Assembly (NCBI GenBank): GCA_046731735.1
Contig: JBKPLP010000168.1
Span: forward strand, 389 to 64,388
Source: Acidobacteriota bacterium
GTDB lineage: Bacteria; Acidobacteriota; Vicinamibacteria; Vicinamibacterales; 2-12-FULL-66-21
Direction: 5' to 3'
DNA length: 64,000 nucleotides
Part shown: positions 15,717 to 25,106 of the stretch, piece by piece
Position numbering within the stretch: position 1 is the first letter of the stretch
Layout: each line of letters starts with the position of its first letter
The notes under the pieces: generated by a model
What the model was told of the DNA's origin: nothing
Seen by the model: only the letters and a program-made list of their open reading frames with translations
Databases searched by the model: none
Program-made: the position numbers and the translations under genes

Positions 15717-17045
15717 GCGACTGCGCGCCACCCTCGCGGCCATCCCGCTCAGGCCGACGACGCCGATCAGGTTCGGGAAGATTTGCAGCGCGTTCATCAG
15801 ATCACCCCAGGCCCATACGAGATCCACCTTGGCGATCGCGCCGAACGGAATCAGCAGGCAATAGATCCACCGATAGGGCGTGACCACGCGCGGGCCCAGC
15901 CAGTACTCGAGGAACTGCTCGCCGTAGTAGGCCCAGCCGATCAGCGTGCCATAGCCGAACAGGAACACACAGAACGCAACCAGATAGCCACCCACACCCG
16001 GCATGACTGAATTGAACGCGAGCCCCACCGCCGCAGTACTCGTTGCCCGCTGCGCGGCGGGCACGCTCCAGTCGACGACGCCGGAGAGCATGACGGTCAG
16101 AGCGGTCAACGTGCAGGTGCCGAATGACACGATGAAGGTTTCCATGACCGCATTGAGCCCTTGCTGGGCCGGCCGCGCGCTCTGCGCCGTGCCGTAGGCC
16201 ACCGCGGACGTGCCGTACCCCGCCTCGTTCGCGTAGAGTCCGCGGGCGAGGCCATAACGGATGGCGGTGAAGACCCCGAAGCCCATCGCCGATCGCGTGG
16301 TAAACGCTTCACGAAAAACCATCGTGAGGACGTCCGGTAAACGCGACGCGAACGACACGATGACGATGAGACTGCCCACGAGATAGATGCCGATTTTCGC
16401 GGGCGCGAGCTTCTCGAATGCGCGGCCGATCGATTTGATCCCGCCGATGATGACCAGCCACGTGAGCAGGGCAACTGCGCCGCCGGTGATCCATCGCGGC
16501 ACGCCGACCTGAGTATTCATGACGAGAGCAATCGAATTGGTTTGGGTAAACGGGGTGGTCGTCAGTGCGGCGATGCCGGCGACGACGGCGTAGGTCATCG
16601 CGAGCGCCGGCGAACGCAGCCCGTCGCGCAGGTAGTACATCGGCCCCGAGCGCACGTCCTCGCGGCCGATCGCGGCCCGGAAGCTCAAACCGAGCACCGC
16701 TTCGCTGAACTTGATCGCGGTGGCGAAGAAGCCATAGCACCAGACCCAGAACAGCATGCCGGGACCGCCGGAGACAACGCCCGCGGCAACACCGGCGATG
16801 TTCCCCGTGCCGATCGTCGTGCCGAGCGCAGTCATGAACGCCTGAAAGGGCGTGAGCACGCCCGCGGCGCCGGCGACGCGACCGCCGAAGAACGCGCGCA
16901 GCGCCTCGCCGAACCGTCTGATCTGTACGACACGGAGCCGGAGCGTCAGAAAAATACCTGCCCCGAACAGCACGGCGACGAGGACGGGGACGAACAGCCA
17001 GTCTGCGGTGGACTGAATCAGGGCCGCAAAACGGCTCGAAATCAT
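15705..17045 (-). CDS. Alanine/glycine:cation symporter (AGCS family)
   Basis: 446 aa, about 11 TM; FQAFMTALGTTIGTGNIAGVA motif typical of AGCS transporters. Confidence 0.85.
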   Translation of the reverse strand: MISSRFAALIQSTADWLFVPVLVAVLFGAGIFLTLRLRVVQIRRFGEALRAFFGGRVAGAAGVLTPFQAFMTALGTTIGTGNIAGVAAGVVSGGPGMLFWVWCYGFFATAIKFSEAVLGLSFRAAIGREDVRSGPMYYLRDGLRSPALAMTYAVVAGIAALTTTPFTQTNSIALVMNTQVGVPRWITGGAVALLTWLVIIGGIKSIGRAFEKLAPAKIGIYLVGSLIVIVSFASRLPDVLTMVFREAFTTRSAMGFGVFTAIRYGLARGLYANEAGYGTSAVAYGTAQSARPAQQGLNAVMETFIVSFGTCTLTALTVMLSGVVDWSVPAAQRATSTAAVGLAFNSVMPGVGGYLVAFCVFLFGYGTLIGWAYYGEQFLEYWLGPRVVTPYRWIYCLLIPFGAIAKVDLVWAWGDLMNALQIFPNLIGVVGLSGMAARVARSRNAD

Positions 17046-17070
17046 CCGGCGATGATACGTGAAAAGACCG

Positions 17071-17850
17071 TCAGATATTCGAGCGGCTCTGGCAGCCGTC
17101 GACGGGGATGCAGGCGCCGCTGATCCACGATGCGCGCGACGAGGAAAGAAACACCACGGCGGATGCGACTTCGTCGGAGCGCCCGAAGCGCCCGAACGGC
17201 AGATCGCGTTTGATGAAGTCGGCGATCCCTTGCGGATCCGCCTGCTGGCGCTTGTGCCACGAGCCGCCGGGAAACAGAATCGACCCCGGCGCGACGCTGT
17301 TCACGCGGATGTTCAGCGGCGCCAGCTGCTGCGCGAGCGACTTCGCGAGGCTGATCTCCGCGGCTTTGACGGCATTGTAGGTCATGCGGCCGCCCGACTC
17401 GCGTCCCCAGATCGACGCGATCATGACAATCGAGCCGCCGCCGCGCTGCTTCATCTGCGGCACCGCCAGGCGCGAGGCGCGGACTGCCGGGAACAGCGTT
17501 TCGTCGAACGCGGCCTGCCATTCCGCGTCCGACGTGCCGAGGATGTCGCCGCCCGCGGCACGGCCGACGTTGTTGACGAGAATGTCGACCCCGCCGAAGC
17601 TCTCCACCGTGCGCTCGATGACCAGACGCGTGCCGTCCGCCGTCGACACATCCGCCTGCACCGCGATGATCATGTTGGGCCGCTTGGCAGACGCCTCGAC
17701 CTCGACCGCCGCCGCCGCGAGCTGCTCCGATCCGCGTGCACAGATGCACACGCGGCAGCCTTCGGCGACGAGCGCGCGCGCACTCGCCAGCCCCAGGCCG
17801 CGGCTCGACCCGGTGATGACGGCGACCTTGTCGGTGAGTCCCAGATCCAT
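17071..17850 (-). CDS. Short-chain dehydrogenase/reductase (SDR, FabG-like), 259 aa
   Basis: TGSSRGLG cofactor motif, NNVG, YNAVK catalytic motif. Internal ATG at 17850 chosen; the 615-aa ORF extension is Arg/Pro-rich junk. Confidence 0.9.
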   Translation of the reverse strand: MDLGLTDKVAVITGSSRGLGLASARALVAEGCRVCICARGSEQLAAAAVEVEASAKRPNMIIAVQADVSTADGTRLVIERTVESFGGVDILVNNVGRAAGGDILGTSDAEWQAAFDETLFPAVRASRLAVPQMKQRGGGSIVMIASIWGRESGGRMTYNAVKAAEISLAKSLAQQLAPLNIRVNSVAPGSILFPGGSWHKRQQADPQGIADFIKRDLPFGRFGRSDEVASAVVFLSSSRASWISGACIPVDGCQSRSNI

Positions 17851-17870
17851 CGAGATAGCGGCGGCGCGCC

Positions 17871-18722
17871 CTACTGCGGCCGGCCGCCGGTGAGATCGTT
17901 CAGGCGCCAGTCGAACGGCTGGAAGGTGACCCGGAATTCGTTCTTCTGCACGAACTCCTTCTCGAGCGGCAGCAGGCGCGGCGTGACGAACGCGATGATC
18001 GCGCGTTCGACCGGCGAGCGTTGCGCGAACGTACCGGACGCGCCGGCGTCGTACGCCTGGACGAATTCCGCCTCGTGCCAGCTGATGATCGGCGTCACCG
18101 CAATCTGCCCCGCGGCCCGATCGACCTTGATCATCGAGCCGTCGTTCACGAACTCCTTGTGGATGTCGTCGAGCTGCTTCTCGAGTCGGTCGCCGCTGTA
18201 CGCCTCGCTGCGCAGGCGTCCGCTGCCGAGCGCGCCGCGCCCGAGCGCGAGGTACAACCGCGGGTCCTTGAATTGCGGCAGGATCGTCTTTTCGATCTCG
18301 TCGAGCGTCACGCTTTTCCCGGCGACGCGATATTTCGCCTGTTCGAAGGCGCCAGGAATCTGCCTGATGCTGTTGGCCGGATAGCTCTTGCTCGCGCCTT
18401 GAATTGGATAGTGATTGACCACCGTCTGCAGGACGATCGCGTTGTACGCGTTCAGCCAGAACGCCATCTTGTGCTCGCGCGACCATCCGTCGTACGTGCC
18501 CGTTGCGACATTCAGCAACGCGAGATACCGGTCGAGGCGACCGCGGTCGGAACGAAGCGCCCGGTAATACACGAGACCATCGCGGACGTTGACGTCGAGA
18601 ATCTGGTCGAGCGGACGGTGCAGGGAGTCCGGTGGCGCGCCCGCCTGCGCGCCAGGCGCGGCATGGCCCGGCGGCAGCAGGCACAGCATCAACAGGACCG
18701 TAGGACCGGCGAGAGCACGCAT
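17871..18722 (-). CDS. DUF547 domain-containing secreted protein
   Basis: Signal peptide; FWLNAYNA motif characteristic of DUF547 (from memory). Confidence 0.75.
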   Translation of the reverse strand: MRALAGPTVLLMLCLLPPGHAAPGAQAGAPPDSLHRPLDQILDVNVRDGLVYYRALRSDRGRLDRYLALLNVATGTYDGWSREHKMAFWLNAYNAIVLQTVVNHYPIQGASKSYPANSIRQIPGAFEQAKYRVAGKSVTLDEIEKTILPQFKDPRLYLALGRGALGSGRLRSEAYSGDRLEKQLDDIHKEFVNDGSMIKVDRAAGQIAVTPIISWHEAEFVQAYDAGASGTFAQRSPVERAIIAFVTPRLLPLEKEFVQKNEFRVTFQPFDWRLNDLTGGRPQ

Positions 18723-18731
18723 ATCGGGATC

Positions 18732-19535
18732 TTACATGTTCGACGTGAGGAAATCCGCGACCGCCTGCGAGAACGCATCGGGCGACTCGAGGTTCGACAA
18801 ATGTCCGGCGTCCGGCAGGACGACGACGCGGGAGCGCTCGATATGTTTTTCCATCGCCCGCGCGCTGGCTTCGGGCGTCACTTCGTCGTGCGCACCGACG
18901 AGGATCAACACGGGACAATTGATTCGCGACAGGCCCGGCGTCGAATCCGGTCTCCCCATCATCGCTTCGAGCGCGGCGGCAAGTCCCTCGACGCTGATTG
19001 AGCCCGCCATCCCACGTATGGACGACGCGAGCTCCGGCTGGCGATCGCGCGCCTCCGCGCTGAGCAGCTTGGGCAGCATCTGGTCGGCGACGGCACCGGC
19101 GCCCTTGCTCCGCGCCAGCTCGATCATTTTCCGGCGCCCGTCCCGCGCCTCCGCGGTGTCGGCGTCGGCCTTGGTGTCCGCCAGGATCATCCCGCCGAAT
19201 CGCTCCGGCGATCGGCGGCTCAGCGCCAGCGTAATGTATCCGCCCATCGAAAGCCCGCCAATCACCGCCTGATCGAGCTTCAGATGATCCATGAATGCCC
19301 CAAGATCCTCAGCCGCATCGTCCATGGTGAACGCGCCGGCCTGGGCGCCGTCCCGGCTGAAACCGCGGACGTCCGGCGCAAGGAAGTGCCAACCCTCGGG
19401 AACGCGCTCGAGCTGCGGCCGCCACATGTCGGCAGTGACCGGGAAGGCGTGAATCAACAGCACGGGCCACCCCGCGCCCGCTTCGAGATACCGCACGTCA
19501 CGGCCGCCTACCCTCGCGCGCGCCTCACGAATCAT
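18732..19535 (-). CDS. Alpha/beta-fold hydrolase
   Basis: LLIHAFP.., nucleophile elbow GLSMGG, C-terminal ..GHLSNLE. ATG 19535 chosen because the upstream gene ends at 19585. Confidence 0.8.
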   Translation of the reverse strand: MIREARARVGGRDVRYLEAGAGWPVLLIHAFPVTADMWRPQLERVPEGWHFLAPDVRGFSRDGAQAGAFTMDDAAEDLGAFMDHLKLDQAVIGGLSMGGYITLALSRRSPERFGGMILADTKADADTAEARDGRRKMIELARSKGAGAVADQMLPKLLSAEARDRQPELASSIRGMAGSISVEGLAAALEAMMGRPDSTPGLSRINCPVLILVGAHDEVTPEASARAMEKHIERSRVVVLPDAGHLSNLESPDAFSQAVADFLTSNM

Positions 19536-19584
19536 CAGCCGATCATACTGTGCGTGGTGATTGCCGTCGCAGGCTGAACCGGAG

Positions 19585-20031
19585 CTAACGGATGACGCCG
19601 ATCCGCAGGTTCCGCGTCGCCAGAAGAATCTCACGCAGGAACGTGACCAGCCCCCCGCCCAGCGCCGTCAGCGCGGCGATGAACGTCACGCCGATCATGT
19701 TCGACACATCGCTCGACAGGAACGCGCCCAGGAACAGGGCGATCACAACCGCGCAGATGAGCAGCGCACAGACGGTACAGAGGGTGATCGCGTAACTGAC
19801 GAGACGCGCCCTGCGCGCGAGCAGCTCGATCTCCGCGTGCTGCCGGGCCTGCAAGATGGCGTCGGTTTCGTTGAGCGCGCGCGCCTCGAGCATTCGGGCA
19901 CGGTCGATGATGCGGCCCAGCCGCGTCGAAAGCACCCCGAGCATCGCGCTGACGCCGCTCAGCAGGAACACGGGCGCGACCGAGAGCTGGATGACATGTG
20001 CGAGCCCGACAATCCCGGTTTCTTCCGTCAC
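19585..20031 (-). CDS. DUF2721 domain membrane protein (about 148 aa; GTG start inferred)
   Basis: Three hydrophobic helices and a conserved-looking LSTRLGRIIDRAR segment. The start is not certain. Confidence 0.6.
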   Translation of the reverse strand: MTEETGIVGLAHVIQLSVAPVFLLSGVSAMLGVLSTRLGRIIDRARMLEARALNETDAILQARQHAEIELLARRARLVSYAITLCTVCALLICAVVIALFLGAFLSSDVSNMIGVTFIAALTALGGGLVTFLREILLATRNLRIGVIR

Positions 20032-20062
20032 GCCATCAGGATAGCGCGGCCGAGTCGCGCAT

Positions 20063-20078
20063 TGGCATCCCCGTTGCT
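20063..20078 (+). promoter_or_regulatory. Candidate sigma54 (-24/-12) promoter: TGGCAT-ccccg-TTGCT
   Basis: Matches TGGCAC-N5-TTGCW at 10 of 11 core positions. Correct strand and distance (53 nt) to the ATG at 20131. Confidence 0.5.
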
Positions 20079-20130
20079 CCGCTTTCCCGCAGGCTTCGGC
20101 GGAGACAGGTTGAGTATCGAGGAGGTCAGC

Positions 20131-20361
20131 ATGCCGCGCGGAGACAAACGCCACTACACGGACAAGCAGAAGCGACAGGCGGAACACATCGAGGAAGGGT
20201 ATGAAGAACGCGGCCTATCCGAGACGGAAGCGAAACGCCGCGCGTGGGCGACCGTGAACAAGGTGCATCATGGCGGCGAGAAGCCGGGCGGCGGAGGGTA
20301 CGGGAAATCCGAGAACCATGAGCCGATGCGCAAAGGCGGGCGCAAAGGCGGATCGCGCTAG
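20131..20361 (+). CDS. Small conserved basic, Gly-rich protein (76 aa, stress-protein-like)
   Basis: MPRGDKRHYTDKQKRQAEHIEEGYEERG..RRAWATVNK. GGAGG lies 6 nt upstream of the ATG. The upstream part of the 266-aa ORF is rejected. Confidence 0.75.
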   Translation: MPRGDKRHYTDKQKRQAEHIEEGYEERGLSETEAKRRAWATVNKVHHGGEKPGGGGYGKSENHEPMRKGGRKGGSR

Positions 20362-21491
20362 CGCCGCCGATCGATCTGGGTACAGACCGCTGCGATGGCC
20401 AGCGCGACCAACCAGAACGGCAGGCGCGGCCACGCGTAGATGGGGTACGGGTTCGCCGCACTGACATACTCGGTCCGGGCCGTGGGCGCGCGCGACTGCA
20501 CATCCGCGCGCTGCTCGGCCGACCATCGATGGCCCGTACGCGAAATATACGACGGCGTGTCGAGCACCGGCGCGTAATACTTCTCCAGAATCCGGTTCTC
20601 GCTCCACGCCGCGCCGGGGTCGTTCGCGGCCAGCAGCTCATTGCGCTTCTGCACGTGCGTAACCCCTTCGCTCATGTACTGGTCTTCGCGCGAGACGCGC
20701 TGCAGCAGGAGCGGAAACGGGCGACGCCGCCACTCCTCCGCCTTCGAGGTCGCCATCGCCGCGAGCGCCGCTCGCGCATAGCGCGACTTGAACGAGCCGA
20801 TTTCGTCGTCTCGAATGTCGTACCCGAGATGGACGATGTGAAAGAAGATCGCGAACGCGACGACGAATACCGCCGCCAGGTGTCCGACCCGGCGCACGGA
20901 TCCGGGATGCCAGTGCCACGAGAAGGATGATGGCGGCGCCGCGCCGAGGCTGAAGACGAGCCCGCAGCCGATCGCGACGCCGTTGAGAAACACATCCGCC
21001 ATCTCGCCGACGCGATTGGGGATGAACCACTGCAGCCATTCGTCAGCCGTGCCGACGATCAGCCCCGCCATGAACGGCAGCACGATCAGGGCCGGGTCCT
21101 CTAGCGGGCGCCATGCGCGGTAGAACAGAAAAGTGATGACGCCGTACTCGATGAAGTGGAACCGTTGCACGACGTCCACTTCCGGCACACCGGTCGTCGT
21201 CAGCAGTGAATACCAGGCGGCGCAGGCGATCGACAGCGCGAGCGCGCCGTAGCGGAGCGCACGGTGCGAGCGGACGCGCAGAAGCGCGGTGGCGACGAGC
21301 GCCACCCCGATGACGGCGATGGCGCCGCCGACAATCCGCACGAACTGGCCGGGAAACCGCGTCCGGATCCAGCTGCGCACGTAGCCGATGAACGGCGCTG
21401 AGAGGACCAGCGCCACCGACACGGCGATGGCGAGGACAAACGGAAACGCTCGCAGCCGCGGCGCAGAACGCATGCGATAGGATCGGAGCAT
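20358..21491 (-). CDS. VanZ-like family membrane protein with extra C-terminal domain
   Basis: DEWLQWFIPNRVGEMADVFLNGVAIGCG motif and multiple TM helices. Start is ATG 21491 or 21473. Confidence 0.7.
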   Translation of the reverse strand: MLRSYRMRSAPRLRAFPFVLAIAVSVALVLSAPFIGYVRSWIRTRFPGQFVRIVGGAIAVIGVALVATALLRVRSHRALRYGALALSIACAAWYSLLTTTGVPEVDVVQRFHFIEYGVITFLFYRAWRPLEDPALIVLPFMAGLIVGTADEWLQWFIPNRVGEMADVFLNGVAIGCGLVFSLGAAPPSSFSWHWHPGSVRRVGHLAAVFVVAFAIFFHIVHLGYDIRDDEIGSFKSRYARAALAAMATSKAEEWRRRPFPLLLQRVSREDQYMSEGVTHVQKRNELLAANDPGAAWSENRILEKYYAPVLDTPSYISRTGHRWSAEQRADVQSRAPTARTEYVSAANPYPIYAWPRLPFWLVALAIAAVCTQIDRRR

Positions 21492-21492
21492 T

Positions 21493-23130
21493 ATGCGCCG
21501 GGCCGCACGCTTTTGCGCCGCACTTTCACTCGTGAGTCTCGCCGCGGTCCTCCCGGACCACGCCGGCGCCGCCCCGCAGCGGGGATCCACGGCCGGTCCG
21601 CGAATCGCGGTTTCGTTCGACCGGCAGGCGCGGGGCGACGCCGTTACCGGAATGGTCTACGTGGCCATCAGCCGGGTCAATCAGCGACCGCCGATCGAGC
21701 AGGCGTCACCCACCGGTGTCCCGCTGTTTTCCCGTTACGTCGAAGCGCTGCCTCCCGGCGCCGCGGTGACGATCACGGCGGAGGACCGCGGTCACCCGGT
21801 GCGCAGTCTTCGCGACCTGCCGGCGGGCGTGTACTGGATGCAGCCGTTCGTGAACGTCTACACGCGCTTCCCCCGCGCCGACGGGAAGACCGTCTGGCTG
21901 CACAACGATCAATGGGAAGGACAGGACTGGAAGCGATCACCCGGCAATCTGTTCGGCGATCCCGTGCGCGTCACGTTCGATCCGAAGTCCACCGCGCCGA
22001 TCCAACTCGTCGCCAACAGAGTGATTCCGCCGATCAAAGTGCCCGCGGACACCGACATGGTGAAGCGGATCAAGATCCAGAGCGCCATTCTGACGAAGTG
22101 GTGGGGACAGCCGATCTACCTGGGGGCGACGATTCTGCTGCCCAGGGACTACGCCAAGCATCCCGCCGTCCGCTACCCGGTGAATTACATCCAGGGCCAC
22201 TTCTCGCTCGACGCGCCCGGCGGCTTCGAACGCGGCGGGGAATTCGAACGCATGTGGATGGCGGAGAACACGCCGCGGTTCATCTACGTGACCCTGCAGC
22301 ATCCCTCGCCGTACTACGACGACTCGTACGGCGTGAACTCGGAGAATAACGGCCCGTACGGCGACGCCATCATCAAGGAGCTGGTGCCCGCGGTCGAGGA
22401 GAAGTTCCGCGCGATCAAGGAGCCCTGGGCACGCATGCTCTCAGGCGGGTCGACCGGCGGATGGATCGCGGCCGCCCACCAGATCCTCTACCCCGACTTC
22501 TACGGCGGCGCGTTCGCGAGCTGTCCGGACGCCGTCGATTTCTCGTATCACCAGATCGTCGACATCTATAAGGACGACAACGCGTATTTCATCGACAAGG
22601 GCTGGGTGAAGATCGACCGCCCCAACGAGCGCCGTCCCGACGGCAACATCGAGTCGATGATGAAGGACGAGAACTGGTTCGAGCTGGTGGTCGGCGATCA
22701 CAGCCGATCGGGCGGGCAGTGGGACATCTGGGAGGCGACGTATTCGCCGGTCGGACCGGACGGCTACCCGCAACGGATCTGGAACAAGGAAACCGGCGAC
22801 ATCGACCACGCGGTCGCCGAGCGGTGGAAGAAGTACGACCTCACGAACATCCTGCGCACGAACTGGGCGACGCTCGGCCCGAAGGTCGCGCACAAGCTTC
22901 ACATCTATGTCGGCGACATGGACTCGTACTATCTGAACGACGCCGTAGAAAAGCTCAACGAGTTCCTCGTCAGGGCGGACAAGCCGAAGTTCACCGGCGA
23001 AGTCGTGTTTCAGCGGCGGGCGCCGCACTGCTGGGAACCGAGTGCGACGGATTTAATCGAGAAGATGACCGCGCAGATCGAGAAGGTCGCGCCGGCCGGC
23101 GCAGATCTCAAGTCTTGGAGATATCGATAG
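21493..23130 (+). CDS. Secreted esterase-family (enterochelin esterase-like, alpha/beta) protein
   Basis: Signal peptide; LSGGSTGGWIAAAHQILYPDFYGGAFASCPD (GxSxG-type elbow). Confidence 0.7.
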   Translation: MRRAARFCAALSLVSLAAVLPDHAGAAPQRGSTAGPRIAVSFDRQARGDAVTGMVYVAISRVNQRPPIEQASPTGVPLFSRYVEALPPGAAVTITAEDRGHPVRSLRDLPAGVYWMQPFVNVYTRFPRADGKTVWLHNDQWEGQDWKRSPGNLFGDPVRVTFDPKSTAPIQLVANRVIPPIKVPADTDMVKRIKIQSAILTKWWGQPIYLGATILLPRDYAKHPAVRYPVNYIQGHFSLDAPGGFERGGEFERMWMAENTPRFIYVTLQHPSPYYDDSYGVNSENNGPYGDAIIKELVPAVEEKFRAIKEPWARMLSGGSTGGWIAAAHQILYPDFYGGAFASCPDAVDFSYHQIVDIYKDDNAYFIDKGWVKIDRPNERRPDGNIESMMKDENWFELVVGDHSRSGGQWDIWEATYSPVGPDGYPQRIWNKETGDIDHAVAERWKKYDLTNILRTNWATLGPKVAHKLHIYVGDMDSYYLNDAVEKLNEFLVRADKPKFTGEVVFQRRAPHCWEPSATDLIEKMTAQIEKVAPAGADLKSWRYR

Positions 23131-23143
23131 GGTCGCGGTCCGG

Positions 23144-24214
23144 TCAGATGAACCGGGTGAGGGTGACGTCGAGGAGCCGCGCCTGACGCTTGCCGCCGTG
23201 CCACTGCACCAGGATCGGGCTCTGATACGTGCCTTCCGTGATCGATCCGTACCCGGGGTGGTGGCAATCCGACACCAGCAGGCTCACCGACCGCTTCATG
23301 CGCAGGAAGCGTGAGGCCGGCATCGCGATCGCTTTCGACAACACGTTCTCGACCCGCGACTCGCGCAGGCCCAGCGCGTCGACGAGGCGGTTGAAGACGC
23401 GGACCAGATCGTACTTCGCGTAGTCGAGCGTCTTGGCCGGAATCGCACGCGGGTTGCCGAGCATGTGCCCCGCCTTCTCCGCCATGAACCGCAGCGGGTC
23501 GCGCAGCACCTCCGACAGATCGTGGCGCATCAGGAGCGTCTCGTACTCGTTGACGGTCAGGCCCGCGTGACGCTCCCCGGGCGCGAGCGACAATCGGATC
23601 CGCCCTTTCGTCACGCCGTGCGCTCTCACCAGCGCCGCGCACTGCCCGTAAACGCCGAGCTGGGGATCCTTCAGATTGATGGACTCGACGCTATGGCCGG
23701 AGACGGGGACGATGAGGCGGGTTTGCGCGACGGTTTCCTCCGCCGTGTATCCGAGCACGCTCGTGCGGCGGGTACGTGGACGGCCGGCGTACACGCCGTC
23801 GAGGTCGATGAACGACATCGGCTCGCCGGGACGGTTCGGATACGAGACGCACGTCCGCAGGGCGCCCGCCATGAACGCCAGATGCGAGTCGGCGTTCATC
23901 GGCTCGCTCGGGCGCTGCGCGGGCGTCAGTTCGGTCCGCCGCTCGATCTTGTCGTGCTCGTAGCCCGCCCCTTCCGGGAACATCGTCCGGAAGACATCGA
24001 TGTAGGGCATCACGCCCTCGGGCCGCTGATTGAGCCGTGCCGCGACCCCTTGATCCAGGTATCCGGCTGTCGTGTGGAACGAGCAGCAGAGCGCCCGGGG
24101 ATAAAGGGAGAGACCGTCGCCGTACCGCGAAAAGACTTCGCGGCGGACGTCGATGACGTCGACACGGGCTCGAGGCACCAGCTCGAGCGTGAATTCCGCT
24201 GGGGTCGAAGGCAT
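23144..24214 (-). CDS. Hypothetical protein with N-terminal YjbQ/UPF0047-like region fused to an unrecognised C-terminal half
   Basis: CCSFHTTAGYL, GAGYEHD and NADSHL motifs parallel the HTSASL / YEHD / D(M)PSHIK motifs of E. coli YjbQ (from memory). Confidence 0.6.
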   Translation of the reverse strand: MPSTPAEFTLELVPRARVDVIDVRREVFSRYGDGLSLYPRALCCSFHTTAGYLDQGVAARLNQRPEGVMPYIDVFRTMFPEGAGYEHDKIERRTELTPAQRPSEPMNADSHLAFMAGALRTCVSYPNRPGEPMSFIDLDGVYAGRPRTRRTSVLGYTAEETVAQTRLIVPVSGHSVESINLKDPQLGVYGQCAALVRAHGVTKGRIRLSLAPGERHAGLTVNEYETLLMRHDLSEVLRDPLRFMAEKAGHMLGNPRAIPAKTLDYAKYDLVRVFNRLVDALGLRESRVENVLSKAIAMPASRFLRMKRSVSLLVSDCHHPGYGSITEGTYQSPILVQWHGGKRQARLLDVTLTRFI

Positions 24215-24244
24215 TAAACCGGCAATTCTAAGGATAACATGGGT

Positions 24245-24646
24245 TTACCCCTTCTTCTTCGCCGTGAATGTCGCCTCGCCGAGATCGCCCAGCTTGACGG
24301 CCCCCTTCATCGTGTCCTTATCGACCGTTCCCGAATAAACGATATGGGCCGCCGTTCCCTGGACGTCGACGTCGATGGCAAATTCGATCGCGTTTCCCTT
24401 GATCGTTCCGCTCAACGGCGCTTCGCCAAGCTGACCGCTGTAGTGGCCCGTCAGCTTCTCCCCGTCCTGTTTGAATGTCATCGTCGGCGTCCCTGTCCCG
24501 CCGGAGAACTCGACCTGAAACGACCAGGTGCCGGACACGTCCACACGGGCGTCGGCCGCCTGGCCCGCCGCGGTCAGACGGGAGCCTGCCGGCGCAAGAC
24601 CCAGCGCCGCGGTCAGGAACCACGAAATCATGAGGGTGTTCTTCAT
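24245..24646 (-). CDS. Small secreted beta-rich protein (133 aa), unknown function
   Basis: Signal peptide and alternating beta-strand pattern (GTWSFQVEF..MTFKQDGEKLTGHYSG..). Confidence 0.7.
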   Translation of the reverse strand: MKNTLMISWFLTAALGLAPAGSRLTAAGQAADARVDVSGTWSFQVEFSGGTGTPTMTFKQDGEKLTGHYSGQLGEAPLSGTIKGNAIEFAIDVDVQGTAAHIVYSGTVDKDTMKGAVKLGDLGEATFTAKKKG

Positions 24647-24677
24647 CGGTTCGATCTCCAGAGAAGTGGTCGGACGC

Positions 24678-25097
24678 CTACGCTACCACGGAGCGATCCG
24701 CGGCCGCCGCGGCGGCGCGCAGCTTGCCACCGAGCAGCACCCCGAGAACGGCGATCAGGCCCAAGGCGGAGGGATACCAGCTCGGGTGCGCTGGCGCGGG
24801 CGCGCCGGTCGCGGTCGGAATCGAAATGACCGCGACGATCACCGCCAGCGTCGCGGCATGCGCGTAGGGCGACGAGCGGGCGACGCGCGCCGCGAGCCAG
24901 CCGCCGACGACCGCGCCGACGCCGCACACCACAAGGTTGATGTAGAGATATGCGGCCATCCGCACCGGGGACGCGGCGGCCGCCGCAGGCCCCCCTGGCA
25001 GCAGCGTGGCGTTTGCCAGGATGGTCCATACGGCGCTGGTCGCGGCGATGAACGCGAGCCCAATCGCGATGGCGGCGATGCTGCGGAGAAGACGCAT
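24678..25097 (-). CDS. Small membrane protein (four predicted TM helices), unknown function
   Basis: 139-aa hydrophobic ORF with good coding context between neighbouring genes. Confidence 0.6.
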   Translation of the reverse strand: MRLLRSIAAIAIGLAFIAATSAVWTILANATLLPGGPAAAAASPVRMAAYLYINLVVCGVGAVVGGWLAARVARSSPYAHAATLAVIVAVISIPTATGAPAPAHPSWYPSALGLIAVLGVLLGGKLRAAAAAADRSVVA

Positions 25098-25106
25098 CGA
25101 GACCTC

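Noticed and set aside
15499-15883. ORFs translating the CAATCG array (..NRQSAIGNPIRQSAMQSTTGNPNRQS..).
   Set aside because: The peptide periodicity simply mirrors the 7-nt DNA repeat. No ribosome-binding site is present, and the ORFs run into the 3' end of the symporter gene on the opposite strand.
17851-18918. N-terminal extensions of ORF-track entries: 17071..18918, 43714..44760, 48373..50379, 51106..52458, 52122..53516, 57599..58786, 26818..29778, 708..1592, 11112..11486 and 19561..20361.
   Set aside because: The extensions overlap neighbouring well-supported genes, or consist of Arg/Pro-rich sequence. Internal starts give proteins of normal family length, often with an SD sequence or a start-stop overlap.
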